DNA of 64,000 nt from Gekko japonicus (GCF_001447785.1 NW_015160869.1:186001-250000), one strand, 5' to 3'. Counted from the first letter of the stretch, positions 24,526 through 37,189 are shown. Notes: generated from the sequence alone by a model not told the origin. Program-made: numbers and translations.

Positions 24526-26053
24526 GTAAGAGCAGAGCCACAGAATACTGGAGGTTAAACATTTCCTTCTGTCCCATATTCCTGATATGCATCTCCCCCA
24601 CCCCCAAGCTTCTCTTTGCCATACATGCATTGCCTACCTACTGCGTATATATTTTTTTCTCTACAGAGTAAATAGCAGCTCTGGATGGAGTGAAGGGATT
24701 GAAACCTGTGAAAATGGTGTGGAGAGAAGGATTAAATCTTCCTCCCCATGGAATTACTGCCCTGATCTAATCGTTCCCCCTTTCCTGGTTGTTGTTAACC
24801 TTTAAAGGCACTTGGGGAGATTCTAATCATGGATCTCCCAAATCATCCTTTGAGTTTGGCCTGAATACACCTGTCTTTTTAACACTTTGAAAGAAAAACA
24901 GAATAAAGCTAAAGCATAATACTAAGATGAATTTGACCAGTCACCCAAGAGACACACTAATCCAATCCTGCATTATTATGATTATATTGCTCTGTATGTC
25001 ATCCCATTAGATGCTAGTGGCAAAGAGAGGGATTCTCCTTTGCCTTCTAAATCCTCCTTTAATGAAAACTCTCAAAGCAGCTGCCCTGCAAATTAGGAAC
25101 GTTTATCATGGGTGCTACTAATAGCAGATTTTCCTTCCATCTTTCATCTTCCAATTAAAGGGGAAAAATTGAAAACCCTGCTCTCAGCTGCATCTGCATC
25201 ACAGAAAGCTCATTGGTGTTCATTCGTTTTTTTTCCTGAGTGGCTGGAAAGGTACAGCAGAAATCTTGCACTTCTGTCTGTAATATATGTTTTATCCTGG
25301 CCTTCCTCCAAGGACCTCAGGGCACTGTGGGAGATGGAAAACGTGGGAACTGAGCTTTGGACTTTGTGCATACAAACCACTTAGCCCCTCAAAGTGTAAT
25401 GGTCTCCGCTTCAGTAAAAGGAGGTATGCTTAGGAAAAGAAATAAGGGAAATTCTGAAGCATGTGGTAAAATGCTTTGGGCCTGACCATGCATATAGAGT
25501 ATTGTATGGTGGGAAAGGAAGAGGGACCCACAAGTGCATGTAGAATCATTGAGCTGGGGAAGCAATCGATTCTGTACTCTAGCAATTTCCAGGTTGACAA
25601 CTGACATTAATGGTCTCAGAACAGAAGGAGTACAGGTGAGTTAAAGTTAGTATGGTTCAGCAACTTCCTTGTTCCAATAATGGATCATGAAAAAATAGGA
25701 CAAGAGGGAAGCAGGTTTGGGACACTGTCCAAACACAGAGAGAGCCGTTGAAGGAAGAGCAGAAAAGAGATGAAATGATAAAGATCAGAGGGAGCAAAAG
25801 GGACGTGATTGGACACAAGGGATGAAGTATTACTGCAGTGATCATCCCACTGGACTACTGACATAATCTTTTGTGAGCTCTCAAGTAAAAAAAGAATCTC
25901 ACGTCACTATTAGAACATACCTTCGGAATGTTGTGATTCTCTAAGATGCAGTCATCACCAGGGACTGCCTGCAAACCCTGAGCTGTGCCAGAGAAGAGCA
26001 GGTCATTTGGACCACTTTGATTAACTCAAATGGGCTCTTTGTTTCCTTCGCAG

Positions 26054-26141
26054 ACCACGGATGACATCTTGGTGGCCTCCGCTGAATGCCCCAGCGACGA
26101 TGAGGACATTGATCCCTGTGAGCCAAGCTCAGGTGGGTTAG
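26054..26141 (+). CDS. NRXN1: Neurexin-1 penultimate coding exon (stalk and Cys-loop), with alternative donors at 26132 and 26141 (splice site 5, +/- GGL)
   Basis: Acceptor ctctttgtttccttcgcag| then ACC ACG GAT GAC... = [26 protein letters not shown](GGL), matching the NRXN1 stalk as I know it. Donors TCAG|gtgggt (79-nt exon) and TTAG|gttagt (88-nt exon) are both phase 1 and in frame with the last exon. Confidence 0.97.
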
Positions 26142-27431
26142 GTTAGTCAACTTTTTTATTACTTTCTTTTAATTTTGATTATTTGCATGTGGCACAGGCT
26201 GAAGAGGCAGTGATAGAACAGCAATCTCTTTCAGCCTGTATTTCTGTGTTCGCAGTAAACAAAATCTGTGGTCTCATTATGAAAAGCATAGGTGCTGGGT
26301 CCCAAGTTTAGACATGGTAAAATATGGACATTTTCATATCCATCCTTCTTTTTTTTGGGCAACCCACAATCAGTGTAGGACTATAAACTAAAAGAAAATA
26401 GGGCCATGTGTGGAGATATATGTAGGTGCTAGTACATTTTCCTTTAAAAACATAAGTGAGGGCTAGAAACTTCATTGTGGTTTCAAGGATTACTCATTAA
26501 ATAAAATATGTTAGAGGGTGTTGACTTTCCATTTGTAACTCCACTGCTTCCTTTAAAAAAAATTCGGAACAGTTTATTAATTTACACATTGTATGAAGTA
26601 CCATATTTCTCAGGACTTATAGGGCTGACTTACTTTCTTGTATAAAAGCAGAGGTTTTATGGGACAGAAGGTAGAGCTAATGTTGCTTCTTGCAATATTT
26701 AGGCCACTGGTTAGACTTTTCAGTTGCATGCAACTCTACATATGCAGAGACCAAAAGATAAATACTTCACAGATTAAACAGACACTATTAACAAGGGAGA
26801 CATGCCTGCATATTAAACCTTAATAAGGACAACCATTTTTACCCTTTAAAGATTTCACAGTTTGTAGATTTCCTTGTATGCTGTTGGTTCCCTTCTTTCA
26901 ACTGGTTCAACACACACTGAAATGGCAATTTAATATGTCTCTGTTCATAATCTTATTTTTGAATTTGTTTCCGGCCTGTTGAGGTCAGTGGTTGCTGCAT
27001 TGATCAGAGTGGTGTCAAATTAGAAACTCTTGGAAAAACACACTTTGAAAGTCGTCAGAGGCCAAGATGGTTCCCACAGTCATCATATATATATATGTGT
27101 GTAATTCCCTTACATATTGGTCATTTCTAGCTCTCCCATTGGCTGTGCAGTGTGCTCTATCAGCCATTGGCCCATCAACCGCCACTCAAGAGTACTTGCA
27201 TGCCATTGGCTGGGTGCTGGGTCTGCTCATCTCCCCCAGCCACTGCCAGCCTGGACACTCTTCCTTCACAGAATTAACTATCAAAACGGTTGTCTCTCCT
27301 GATGAAGACACTTCTCCTGCTTGGCTCCTGTGGGACTAACTTTCCCCTCAGTGGCTGTTGCTATGCAACCAAGCTTGTTTCTGTCAGTAAAGAGACAAAG
27401 AAAGGAACCCCTTCACAGGTCCAGTCCTAAC

Positions 27432-27646
27432 TAGGGTTGCCAGCTCCGGGTTGGGAAATTCCTGGATATTCTGTTGTAGAGTCTATAGAAGCTAGAGTTT
27501 GGGGAGGGGAGAGGCCTCAGCTGAATAGAATGCCATAGAGCCCACCCACCAAAGCAGTTATTTTCTCCAGGGGGAGAGAGATCTGTTGTCTGGAGTTTTG
27601 TGATACCTGGTGATCTTCAGGCTCCACCTGGAGGTTGGCTACCCTT
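27432..27646. mobile_element. TAGGGTTGCC-family MITE
   Basis: tagggttgccagctcc...ggaggttggctaccct. Confidence 0.75.
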
Positions 27647-27659
27647 GGCATAGCAGTTA

Positions 27660-29290
27660 GCATTTCAGTGCAGGGTCTGCCAGACCCAGGTTCTTGCTGT
27701 GGAAGTTGAGTGGGTAATTTCAGACCAGTCACAGACTTCAGCCTAATCTACCTCACAGAGTTGTTGTGCAGATCAAAAGGGGGACAAGGGAATGATGTAA
27801 GCTATTTGGGTCTCCACTGTGGGGGAAAACTGTACTGTTCCTCCTGGGGAACCATTGCTGCCAATCTCCAGGTGAGGACTGGAGATCACTCAGAATTATA
27901 ACTGCTCTCCAGATGGTAGTTTCCCTGGAGAAAATGACTGCTTTGCACAGTGGACTGTGTGTCATTATACCCTGCTGAGGTTGCTTCCCTCCTGCTTGGG
28001 TCCCCAATGTGGAGAAAAACTGTAGTTTTCCTAGGTAGAGGCAGCGGGGGGGAGATGGAAAGTTGAAGTCAGAGGGGCAGATAAAGGTAGGTTGATGGTT
28101 GGCTCGGAAGGAGATAGTGTTGCCACCTCCAGGTTGGGAAATTTCTGGAGATTTAAGGGGTGGGGCTTATGGAGGGGTGGGACCTCAGAAAGGTACAATG
28201 CCATAGACTCCACCCTCCAAACCAGCCATCTCCTCCTAGGAAACCATTGTTGCCAATCTGCAGGTGAGGCCTGGAGATGACTCAGAATTACAACTGTTCT
28301 TCAGATGGCAGAGATCAATCCCCCTGGAGAAAATGGTGGGCACTGTGTCATTATACCCTGCTGAGGTGGCCCCCCAAGACAAGCTGAGGTGCCCCCCCCA
28401 AGACAAGCCAGTGTGACCTAGGAGTTAGCACTTCCAGACCCAGATTCTTCCTGTGGGAGCTGATTGGGTGATTTCAGACCACTCACAGAGTTTCAGCATA
28501 ACCTACCTCACAGGGTTGTTCTGCAAATCAAAAGGGGGAGAAGAGAATGATGTGAGCTGTTTTTGTCCCCACTGTGGAGAAAGACTGTACTTTTCCTAGG
28601 TAGACGTTACAGGGAGGGGGGAAGAGATGGAAACCTGAAGTCAGAGGAGCAGATAACAGTATGTTGATGGTTGGCTGGGAAGGAAATAGGGTTGCCACCT
28701 CCGGGTTTGGGAAATTCCTGGAAATTTGAGGGATGGAGTCTGGAGAGGGTGGGGTACAGGTACAATGCCATAGACTCCACCCTCCAAACCAGCCATTTCC
28801 TCTTGGGGAACCATTGCTGCCGTTCTCCAGGTGAGGGCTGGAGATCACTCAGAATTAAAACTGCTCTCCAGATGACAGAGATCAGTTCCCCTGGAGAAAA
28901 TGGCTGCATTGCAGGGTGGACTCTGAGTCATTATACCCTACCAAGGTTGCTTCCCCTCCTGCTTGGGTCCCCATTGAGGAGGAGAAAGACTGTACTTTTT
29001 CTAGGTAGAGGCTCCAGGTGTGGGGGGGAGATGGAAAGCTGAAGTCAGAGGGGTAGATAATGGTACGTTGATGGCTGGCTAGGGAGGAGATAGGGTTGCC
29101 ACCTCCAAGACATGTACAATGGCGTAGACTCTACCCTCCAAACCAGCTATTTCCTCCTAGGGAACAGTTGTTGCCAATCTCCAGGGGAGGGCTGGAGATG
29201 ACTCAGAATTACAACTGCTCTTCAGATGGCAGAGATCAATTCCCCTGGAGAAAATGGTAAGCTCTGTGTCATTATACCCTGCTGAGGTCA
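27660..29290. repeat. Local tandem amplification of a composite SINE + unique + MITE unit (about 3 copies)
   Basis: Block gtcccc..ggagaaa.actgta.ttttcctaggtaga...gatggaaa..tgaagtcagagg...gttgatgg.tggct.gg.agga.ata.ggttgccacctcc recurs at about 28000, 28565 and 28967. Confidence 0.8.
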
Positions 29291-29926
29291 CCACAGCAAA
29301 TTGATGCTAAGTGCCCAAGACAAGGGCACCTGCCTAGAGCCTCTTTCTAGAACTTCTTGTATTTATTTCCACAATGGGCCTTATTCCTAGTATTCTATAA
29401 TGCACATCCACAAAAACATATCCACATCAGCTTGTAAAAGTTCTGAGAACAGTAGAAGCAGAAACCACATGGAAAGATTTTAGTATTTAATATTTTCATT
29501 CTGTACCAGTGGTGGCTGTCACCTATACTGATGCTCCAGTTTCCTTTTCACACTACGCATTCAACACAAAAGAATGTTGCTGCACTTGTTGACATGACCA
29601 GCTTTATAGCAGGTTCCAGGTAATTCCTCCCACAGCTAACCTTTATGCCCATGTAAGAATTACAGGCCACAGTCTAGCTACTATACAGTATTCAGACAGT
29701 GATGTAGTAATGCAATGTAAAGGTCTACTTGCTAACACTGAATAAGTTTGTTGCTTGCTAGTGTCATAGATTCCATTGTAGGTAAAGGCCCACCTTCAAA
29801 TAACAAATCCAATGAAGAACACGGAGGTCACTGCTGAGGTTGATTCACACACAGTGCTATCCTAAGCAAAGTTGGAACCTTCTAAAACCATTGACTTCAC
29901 TGGAGTTAGAGGAGTGTAAGTCCCTT

Positions 29927-30303
29927 TAGAATCATAGAATCATAGAATGTTAGAGTTGGAAGGGATCTTGCAGGTCATCTAGTCCAACCCCCTGCACTCT
30001 GCAGGAGCATGGCCAAAAGATAGCCCTACAACATACCTGAAAGATGGTCTTCCAGCCTCCGCTTGAAAACATCCATCAAAGGAGCATCCACCACCTCCCG
30101 AGCCAGTCTGTTCCACTGCTCAACCACTCTTACAGTTAGGAAGTTTCTCCTGATATTTAGCCGGTAACAACTCCCTTGTAATTTCCACCCATTAGATCTA
30201 GTCTCGCAATCCGGAGCAAGAGAGAATAGATCCACTCCATCTTCTACATGACAGCCCTTCAAATACTTGAAGACTGCAATCATGTCCCCTCCAGGCCTTC
30301 TCT
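29927..30303 (-). mobile_element. CR1 LINE 3' fragment
   Basis: GDMIAVFKYLKGCHVEDG...RRNFLTVRVVEQWNRL and (ATTCTATG)n tail. Closely similar to the 13861 copy; inserted within a small palindromic MITE. Confidence 0.93.
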
Positions 30304-30543
30304 CTTTTTTACATTCCACTTTCTCTTTAGGATCGCACTGACAGTGTATTTTCCTAATGCTTTATGCATGTGTTGATACACTGTGGCAGTGACTCTAGAG
30401 GGTTGAAAGTTTCAGGGGATCTCATCCAGGATGGCTTATTTGTGGCATTTGAGGACAAGTGACCCAAATGATTTTCTAGGTAGAAACAATTTTCTTCACC
30501 AAACCATCCAAAAAGCACACATACTTGTGACTTTTATGATAAC

Positions 30544-31400
30544 TGGAGATGGGCACGAACCACGGAAAATCGAGGTTCATTTCGGTTCATGGGCCACACG
30601 AACCAAGAACCTTCCTGTTTACCAAACCGATTTGTTTTGTGATGTGGTAGAATGCCCCCCCCCCGCTCCAGCTATGAGCAGAGGGACAGGTGGCTCAGAT
30701 CCCTGAGTAAGCACCAAACCCCCCCAACCCCACTGTTCACACTGAGAAATGACTTCCGGTTCCCTTCCCTCTCTGGTTCTAACTGCCATGCAATGCACCT
30801 GCTGCCAGTGGGGAACAACAGCTGTGTGTGAGCCAGGGGTATATATACCAGGGGGCACTTCATACCCTTCTTTCTGCTGGCCTTGGTTTTCTTCAGCCAG
30901 CAGAAAGAAAGGGGTGAAGAAAGGAAGAGGTGAAGTGCCTCCCACAGGGCATTTCCCTCCTCTTGTCTGCTGGCAGTGGCTTTCCCCAACCAACAGAAAG
31001 GAAGGGGTGAAGTGCTTCCCAGGGGGTACCTCCCCCCCCTCCTTTCTGCTGGCCATGGCTTCCCACAGCCAGCAGAAAGGAAGGGGTGATCACCTCCCAC
31101 AGGGCACTTCATCCCCTCCTGTCTGGTGGTTACAGCTCTCTTATTGGTGGCCAGCACTGCCTGTCGAGCTTTGGAGGGCCACTATTGGTGTTTCCATGGC
31201 TGCAGAAGTCCATCCCCCCCATTGCTTTGATGATGTGGCAGCATGTCTGCCACAGACAATGATGACACACACCACCACAAACCACATGAACCTCTGAAAA
31301 CCACATGGAGGGTCATGGGAGGTTCGTTGCAGGGCAAGATCGCACAAACTTCAGCTCATGAACCCTGAACCAGGTGTTTTACATGTGAATTTAGGTTCAG
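30544..31400. mobile_element. hAT-type non-autonomous element (GATGGGCACGAAC family) with internal ~60-bp hairpin tandem repeats
   Basis: Left terminal-repeat-like tggagatgggcacgaacc. Units cacttca.cccct.ctttctgctgg...ccagcagaaaggaaggggtgaagtg at 30850-31130. The right end is degraded. Confidence 0.65.
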
Positions 31401-33133
31401 TGATAACATTGAATGAATTGAGTCACTGGACCATTTCTACAGCTCAAAATACCTGTTACAGAAGTTATTGTTCTGATCAAGCAAATTGGCCAGGTTTCAA
31501 GTTGCACTGATATCTTCCTCATGCAATAATTGAGTCAAAATATTTCTGTGCAACTTGAAATCTGTGGTACGAACAAGTCCAACATAATAAAAGGTATCTC
31601 CTGAATCATTTGGTCATAGCTGTCTGTCTTTTCAGCCAGTTTGGAGAGCATTTTAATTTGGTAGGATTTAAGAAGCATTTGAATCAACAAGACTTGCTAT
31701 AAAACCATGAGAGCTGGCAACCTGGAATGGGTTTTACATCCTGGTGCTTTGGCTCTTCTCCTTGGCCTTTCCCAAGCTGTGCTCTGTCCACTCCATCTGT
31801 TTCAGACCAGACCTTTTTGCATCTGTTACAAAGGATCTGCCATTACTGACAGTAATTCTGAACAACGTTGGAAATTATTTATTTGTACATGCTCTGTATT
31901 ATTGTGGGAGCTCAATATGGGCCACAAAAGTGGCATGTAAAAATGAAATCAAAAACTATTCCCTACTGAGGCAAAGTCTAGTAAGACTGAAGTATTGCAA
32001 AGAACCAGCTGCCATCCCAATATTAGTTTAGCTTTCAAACAGTCCTGAAAAAGGAGGATACCCAAAGATGCTGCACTGGTTCACTACAAAAAATAGGTTA
32101 TGGAGCAATAAATGCAGTTATTAAAGTGCACTTGTTTATGTTATGAAACATTAATGCAGAGTCTACATAGACATCTTGAGTTTTATCCAGACTACATTTT
32201 CCACTAACGGAAGGCATTTACAACAGTGGAACACAACTTTGCTGCCTTCCTCCTCTTACTGCGGCCCGCTGATCTCCCTGAAATGCTGCTTCTGGGGAAC
32301 AGGGGACCCTCAGGAATGCAGCAGGAAGGGAGAGATGGTAGAAATTACACCTCCCCTTCCATTAATGGAACGTTTTCGTCTGGATCCAACCCTCATCCTT
32401 AATCATTGCAAAATTTTCTATCAGTTTCTATATATGGAAATTCCACTGACCATACCATAAAACATACTCAGTTTGTGTATGAGCCTACTTTGGAGGGGAG
32501 GGTGGGGCATAAATCAAATAAATATAAGCAAAAACGTGAAATCAAAAACATAATACCATGATATTTTTCAAAAAATGTGTTTTGGGGCTCAAAGCATAAT
32601 GGTACAAGTTGGGAACTCTGGAGGAAGGGAAATCCCACCCACCCCTTCCTACCTCCCCCTCCGCTGACCCTCCTTTCCACATTTTCTCTGTTGCTCCTCC
32701 TTACCAGTTCCCACTTTTCCCATCCTTGCCCCCCCCTACTGCCTTCAACCTCCTATGGCTATTAGGAATAATGATGTGTGTACATCAAACTTATTTCCTC
32801 ACAGACCCCTCACACTACAGCAGGCTGATCTTTTCATAATTCCACCTTAAACACAGCTCTAAGTACATGACATGTTTGTATATGACCATAATGTGTACAG
32901 AGGAAGCGGGAGTGAGTGCACTGGGCCCATCATGCATACAGAGGTTAAGAGATGCAAATTCTTAATTTTTGGGGTCATATATGACACACGCAGTATTAAT
33001 TTCTGCTTAATGTCCAGTCACTTCCCCGGAGTGACAGTTTCCTCCAAAGATTCAGATGGCTTCCTTCTGCAATGTTGGCTTCATCTAATCTTTTGTAGCC
33101 CCGATGAACTGGAATGTTTGGAAATGTAATAAG

Positions 33134-33541
33134 CAGGGGTCATTTAGTAGAAAAAGAGGCGCAGGAGCTCATTAGCATAACTCATTAGCATAACTTATTT
33201 GCATATGCCACACACCCTGACATCACTGGAAGTGTGTCAGAAGGCAACACCCACCGCTCAGGCTCCACTGGACTGTTTTGGATTGCTAGCTATTGGGGGG
33301 GGGGGGACATGCAGACCTGTCCTCGCAGAGGAGGGAGAGCTTGCACCTGAATAAAACATGGTCTTAAAGGTTCCACTGGACTGTTTGGGGCCGGGGGGAG
33401 CTCTGCAACTTACCTGGCTACTTCTTGCTCTGACTGAGGGCTGCTGGGAGCAGGGGGTGGGGGTTGTTGCCTGTGCCAGCCCCCTGAGCTCTTTACTGCC
33501 GGAGCTCCGCTCCTGTGCGCTCCTGCAGGAAATGACCCCTG
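33134..33541. mobile_element. hAT-type MITE (CAGGGGTCATTT...AAATGACCCCTG)
   Basis: 12-bp perfect terminal inverted repeat and perfect 8-bp TSD GTAATAAG. Confidence 0.92.
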
Positions 33542-34791
33542 GTAATAAGTATGCCAGGACTTCCACACCAAGCATTGTCATTAGCTGGTAGATGCTTGTG
33601 GTAAGAGGTACAAATTACAGTTCTTCCTGCTCAGTGGCAGTGCTGTAGTTAACTTGTAGACAAAGGCTTAGGTCATATCATATCCTGAAAATTGGTCAAG
33701 CCATAATCTGCTGCCTCTTTACACACACCCCACTTACACCCCACTAATGTGTTCGGGTGGAGTGAAGGGTTTGTTTCTGTGTTCTAAAATTATGCCTTTA
33801 GCAGAACCAAAGTTTACTTTGGCAAGTCCCCTTAAATGCAGAGGTTACGGTGCTCCTCGGATGGAAGTGAGTGCTCATCAATAAGTGCTTTTGGTGTTGC
33901 CGCCAAAAAACCTTCCATCAACTAAAAGGTTTACGCTCCTCATCCTTGCAGTCTCTGATTTATAGCCTCTCTATTGATTGTGCTAAATTATTAATCCAGA
34001 GGATTTATTTAGGAAAGTGGGGCAACAGCATCATTTCTTGGGAGGGGAAGGCTCTGCCAAAACTGTCACAGCCTGCAAGCCCTTGCCTCTCACCTCAGGT
34101 TCTGCTGGCTGTGCACCTGCCTTCCGATAAATAATGAATGGGATGACGTGACTTGCAACTAATACCGGCAACATAAAGACACAGCATTGATTAGGAAATG
34201 GTTATAAAACCGGAAGCCCATATACCGTATCTGGAACATAACAGATTAGAAATGAATGACATTGCATGACACTTGTTCTGTGGTGCACAAACTGTTCATT
34301 GAAGGGTACCGGGATTTCATTACCTGAAGGTAAACACGGTGACCCTTTTCAAACTGCCTTTGTATTCCGTTTTAGTAACTGGTTACTAATGGATTTTTTT
34401 CTGCCATTTCAGACAGACCCATTTTAGTAACTGGCTGCTAGCGGAATTTATGTATTTGTTCATACAAACCCACTTGCGTCGGGTTTGCTTATTTATTTAT
34501 TTATTTTTCACATTTATACCCCGCCCTTCCCAGTGGGCTCAGGGTTAGCAAAGCATGGTTGAGCCACTTTTGAGGGAAACCTTTTTCTCATTTTCAACCC
34601 CTTCGTTGCACTGCTGAATCGCTGTGGTGTACTGTTTAAAATATCCATAGTGTTTCCTACAATACCACTTTTCCCCTACCCCTTTTTGCCACACGATCTT
34701 CCTCGGACTTTTAAAAAACATTCTAAGATATGTGCTATAGCGCTAAACCACTATAGCACTTCAGTGCTATAGCAGCACCACTGAGATGCTT

Positions 34792-35056
34792 TGAAGAAGA
34801 AGAAGAGATTGAATGTATACCCCACCCTTCACTACCTGAAGGTGTCTCAGAGCGGCTTACAAACTCCTTTCCCTTCCCCTCTCCACAACAGACACCCTGT
34901 GAGGTAGGTGGAGCTGAGAGAGCTTTGACCAAAACTCCTCTTTTTCAAGGACAGCTCTGACAGAACTACGGCTTGCCCAAGGTCATCCAGCCAGGTGCAA
35001 GTGGAGGAGTGGGGAATCAAACCCGGTTCTCCCAGATTAGAGTCCGCGCACTTAAC
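34792..35056 (-). mobile_element. Squam3-like SINE
   Basis: (GAA)n at the left is the (CTT)n tail; B box ggtttgattcc on the minus strand. Confidence 0.88.
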
Positions 35057-35072
35057 TGAGTTAATGCATCTC

Positions 35073-35315
35073 TTTTTTCCCCTTTTTGTTGAGTATTGTG
35101 TGTGTGCGCATGCATGCCCGGAAGTCATGGTTGACTTCTAGCAACCCCTAGTGAGGCTTGAACGTTTCAGAGAGGTGGCTTGCTATTGACTTGCCTCTGT
35201 GTCTCGGCCCTGGTATTACTTGGAGGTCTCCCATCCAAGTACTTGCCAGGGTCGGCCCTGCTTAGCTTCTGGGATCTGACGAGATCGGGCTTATCTGGGC
35301 TATCCAGGTCAGGGC
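35073..35315 (-). mobile_element. Young 5S rRNA-derived SINE with 16-bp TSD
   Basis: 5S head gcccgatctcgtcagatcccagaagctaagcagggccgaccctggcaagtacttggatgggagacc; TSD tgagttaatgcatctc at 35057-35072 and 35316-35331. Confidence 0.92.
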
Positions 35316-36159
35316 TGAGTTAATGCATCTCAGTGGTGCTGCTATAGCACTTTAGCGCTATAGTGCTCACCTTAGAACATTTTTTTAAAAGTCCAAGGAA
35401 GATCATACTACGAAAAAGTCTTGTTGATTCAAATGCTTCACAGATGGCTCATTAACGGAAGGAAATTTGCTGTATGAAACCCCCGTCCCTGTATTGCTTT
35501 ACTTGAAATCAGGCCAACAACAAAGAATATCCCGTTTAGAACAATAATGTGAAAAGGTCCAGTCTTATTCTCGGTCTTAAGGAAGGGATTCTGAGGCACT
35601 AGGAAAAGTTCAGTCATTCACACACACACACCCACTGCACCATCCTCCACCCTGCATGTCGTAGCCGCCTGTATCCATGACAAGGAAGGAAGAAAGAGGA
35701 AGTACAGTGGGAAACTTGCTGTGGTCCATTTCTGTACTTCACACACAGCTCTCAAGGGCTTATTTGGACAATGGGGAAGCCCTCCAGAAGCCTCCCTTTC
35801 CCTGTAGTTGCCATGTGATGCTCAAAGTATCACACATGGACATCAGTCAAACTGGAGATGAGTTAGCCAGGATAAGACATCCCGCAGAGGTTATTTCCAT
35901 AGATCTCAGCCCAGTCTTCATAAAACACACTTGCAAATTCTTGGACTGAGGCACTGTAGTATCCTTCTGTATATTATCATGGCTTCTACCTTTGCAACGG
36001 TATTTTTTTAGCTCTTTTGTCACCTGGCTTGCTATAGTAAAGCAGAAGAGTTAACTGACTTCTCCCACTCTCACTTTATTTACTGTATCCACACTGGGAT
36101 TTATTTCAAAGAAGAGGAGATTGGATTTATTTACTGTATAGGCTAATAGCGTCTGAACT

Positions 36160-36908
36160 TGCTGAGACTGAGAGGGGGGAAGATCTTGGGGCCATAGTGG
36201 ATAGCTCAGTGAAAATGTGAACCCAATGTGCTGCAGCAGTAAAAAAAGGCAAACTATATGTTAGGGATTATTAGGAAAGGGATTGAGAATAAAATGGCCA
36301 GTGTAGCTCTATGGTGCGACCGAATTTTGAATACTGTGTATGGTTCTGGTCACTGTATCTCAAAAGGGACATTGCAGAGCTGGGGAAAGTACAGAGGAGG
36401 GCAACCAAGATGATTAGGGGGTTGGAGCACCTTCTCCCTATAAGGAAAGGCTGAAGAGCCTGGGGCTTTTCAGTTTAGAAAGGAGATGACTAAGGGGACA
36501 CATGACAGAGGTTTATAAAATTATGCATGAGATGGAGAAAGTTGACAAAGGGAAATTTTTCTCCCTCTCCCAAACTATTAGGAACTCAAGGGCATCCAAT
36601 GAAGCTGTTGGGCAGGACGGACAAAAGGAAATACTACTTTACATAGAGAGTGGTTAAAATGTGGAATTTGTTGCCAGAGGAGGTAGTGATGGCCACAGGA
36701 ATAAACAGCTTTAAAAGGGTTTAGATATATTCACGGAGGCTACTAGCCATGGTGACTGAGGGGAAACTCCACATTCAGAGGCACTAAATCTCTGAATTCC
36801 AGAGCTAGTTGGCCATCCGGAAGAACTGGTTGACCACTGTGTGAGACAGGATGCTGGACTAGGTGGATCATTGGTCTGATCCAGCAAGGCTCTTCTTATG
36901 GTCTTATC
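36160..36908 (+). mobile_element. CR1 LINE 3' fragment (a different subfamily, frameshifted)
   Basis: ORF2 remnants (…EYCVWFWS…[12 protein letters not shown]…RRXLRGHMTEVYKI…) and a ttcttatg-type tail. Confidence 0.88.
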
Positions 36909-37189
36909 CAAAATGCATCCAAAAGGTGCATCACAACAGTCTTCATTCCACCAGAAGAGCTGTGAGAGTTGCCCATAAGCTGGTCAATTCCCCTTCCATC
37001 TTCTCTTTCCTTTTGCTGTGGGTGGGAGATAATTTGGGGACGGCTAAAGTGGAGATAAGACATGCAAAACACTCATGTCCTGACCATTGATTAGGTATTG
37101 CTGTTGCTTCCACATGGCACAGAAATACTGAAATTCTCAGACAAGAGTCCGAACGAGAGACAGTGCAGTGATTAGTGTCCTGGGGAGGC

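Larger units (their letters stand above)
34695..35404. mobile_element. Palindromic element split at its centre by two SINE insertions
   Basis: Arms gatcttcctcggactttt...tatagcagcaccactgagatgc (34695-34789) and gcatctcagtggtgctgctata...aaaagtccaaggaagatc (35325-35404). Confidence 0.8.

Noticed and set aside
25583-25641. Possible cryptic exon ending CAG|GTGAGT, ~420 bp before the Cys-loop exon
   Set aside because: Candidate lengths (43 or 53 nt) do not preserve frame and there is no ATG. It cannot be supported without RNA data.
25941-26150. Minus-strand 69-aa ORF
   Set aside because: Antisense shadow of the NRXN1 exon.
27095-27420. Possible second solo LTR (ATTGG boxes, AGTAAA)
   Set aside because: I could not find clear TG...CA termini with a TSD.
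30619-31297. 145-182-aa ORFs on both strands
   Set aside because: They arise from internal tandem repeats of a non-autonomous element; no transposase motifs.
35200-35315. 5S rRNA gene
   Set aside because: The 5S-like segment is fused to a non-5S tail and flanked by a TSD, so it is a SINE head.
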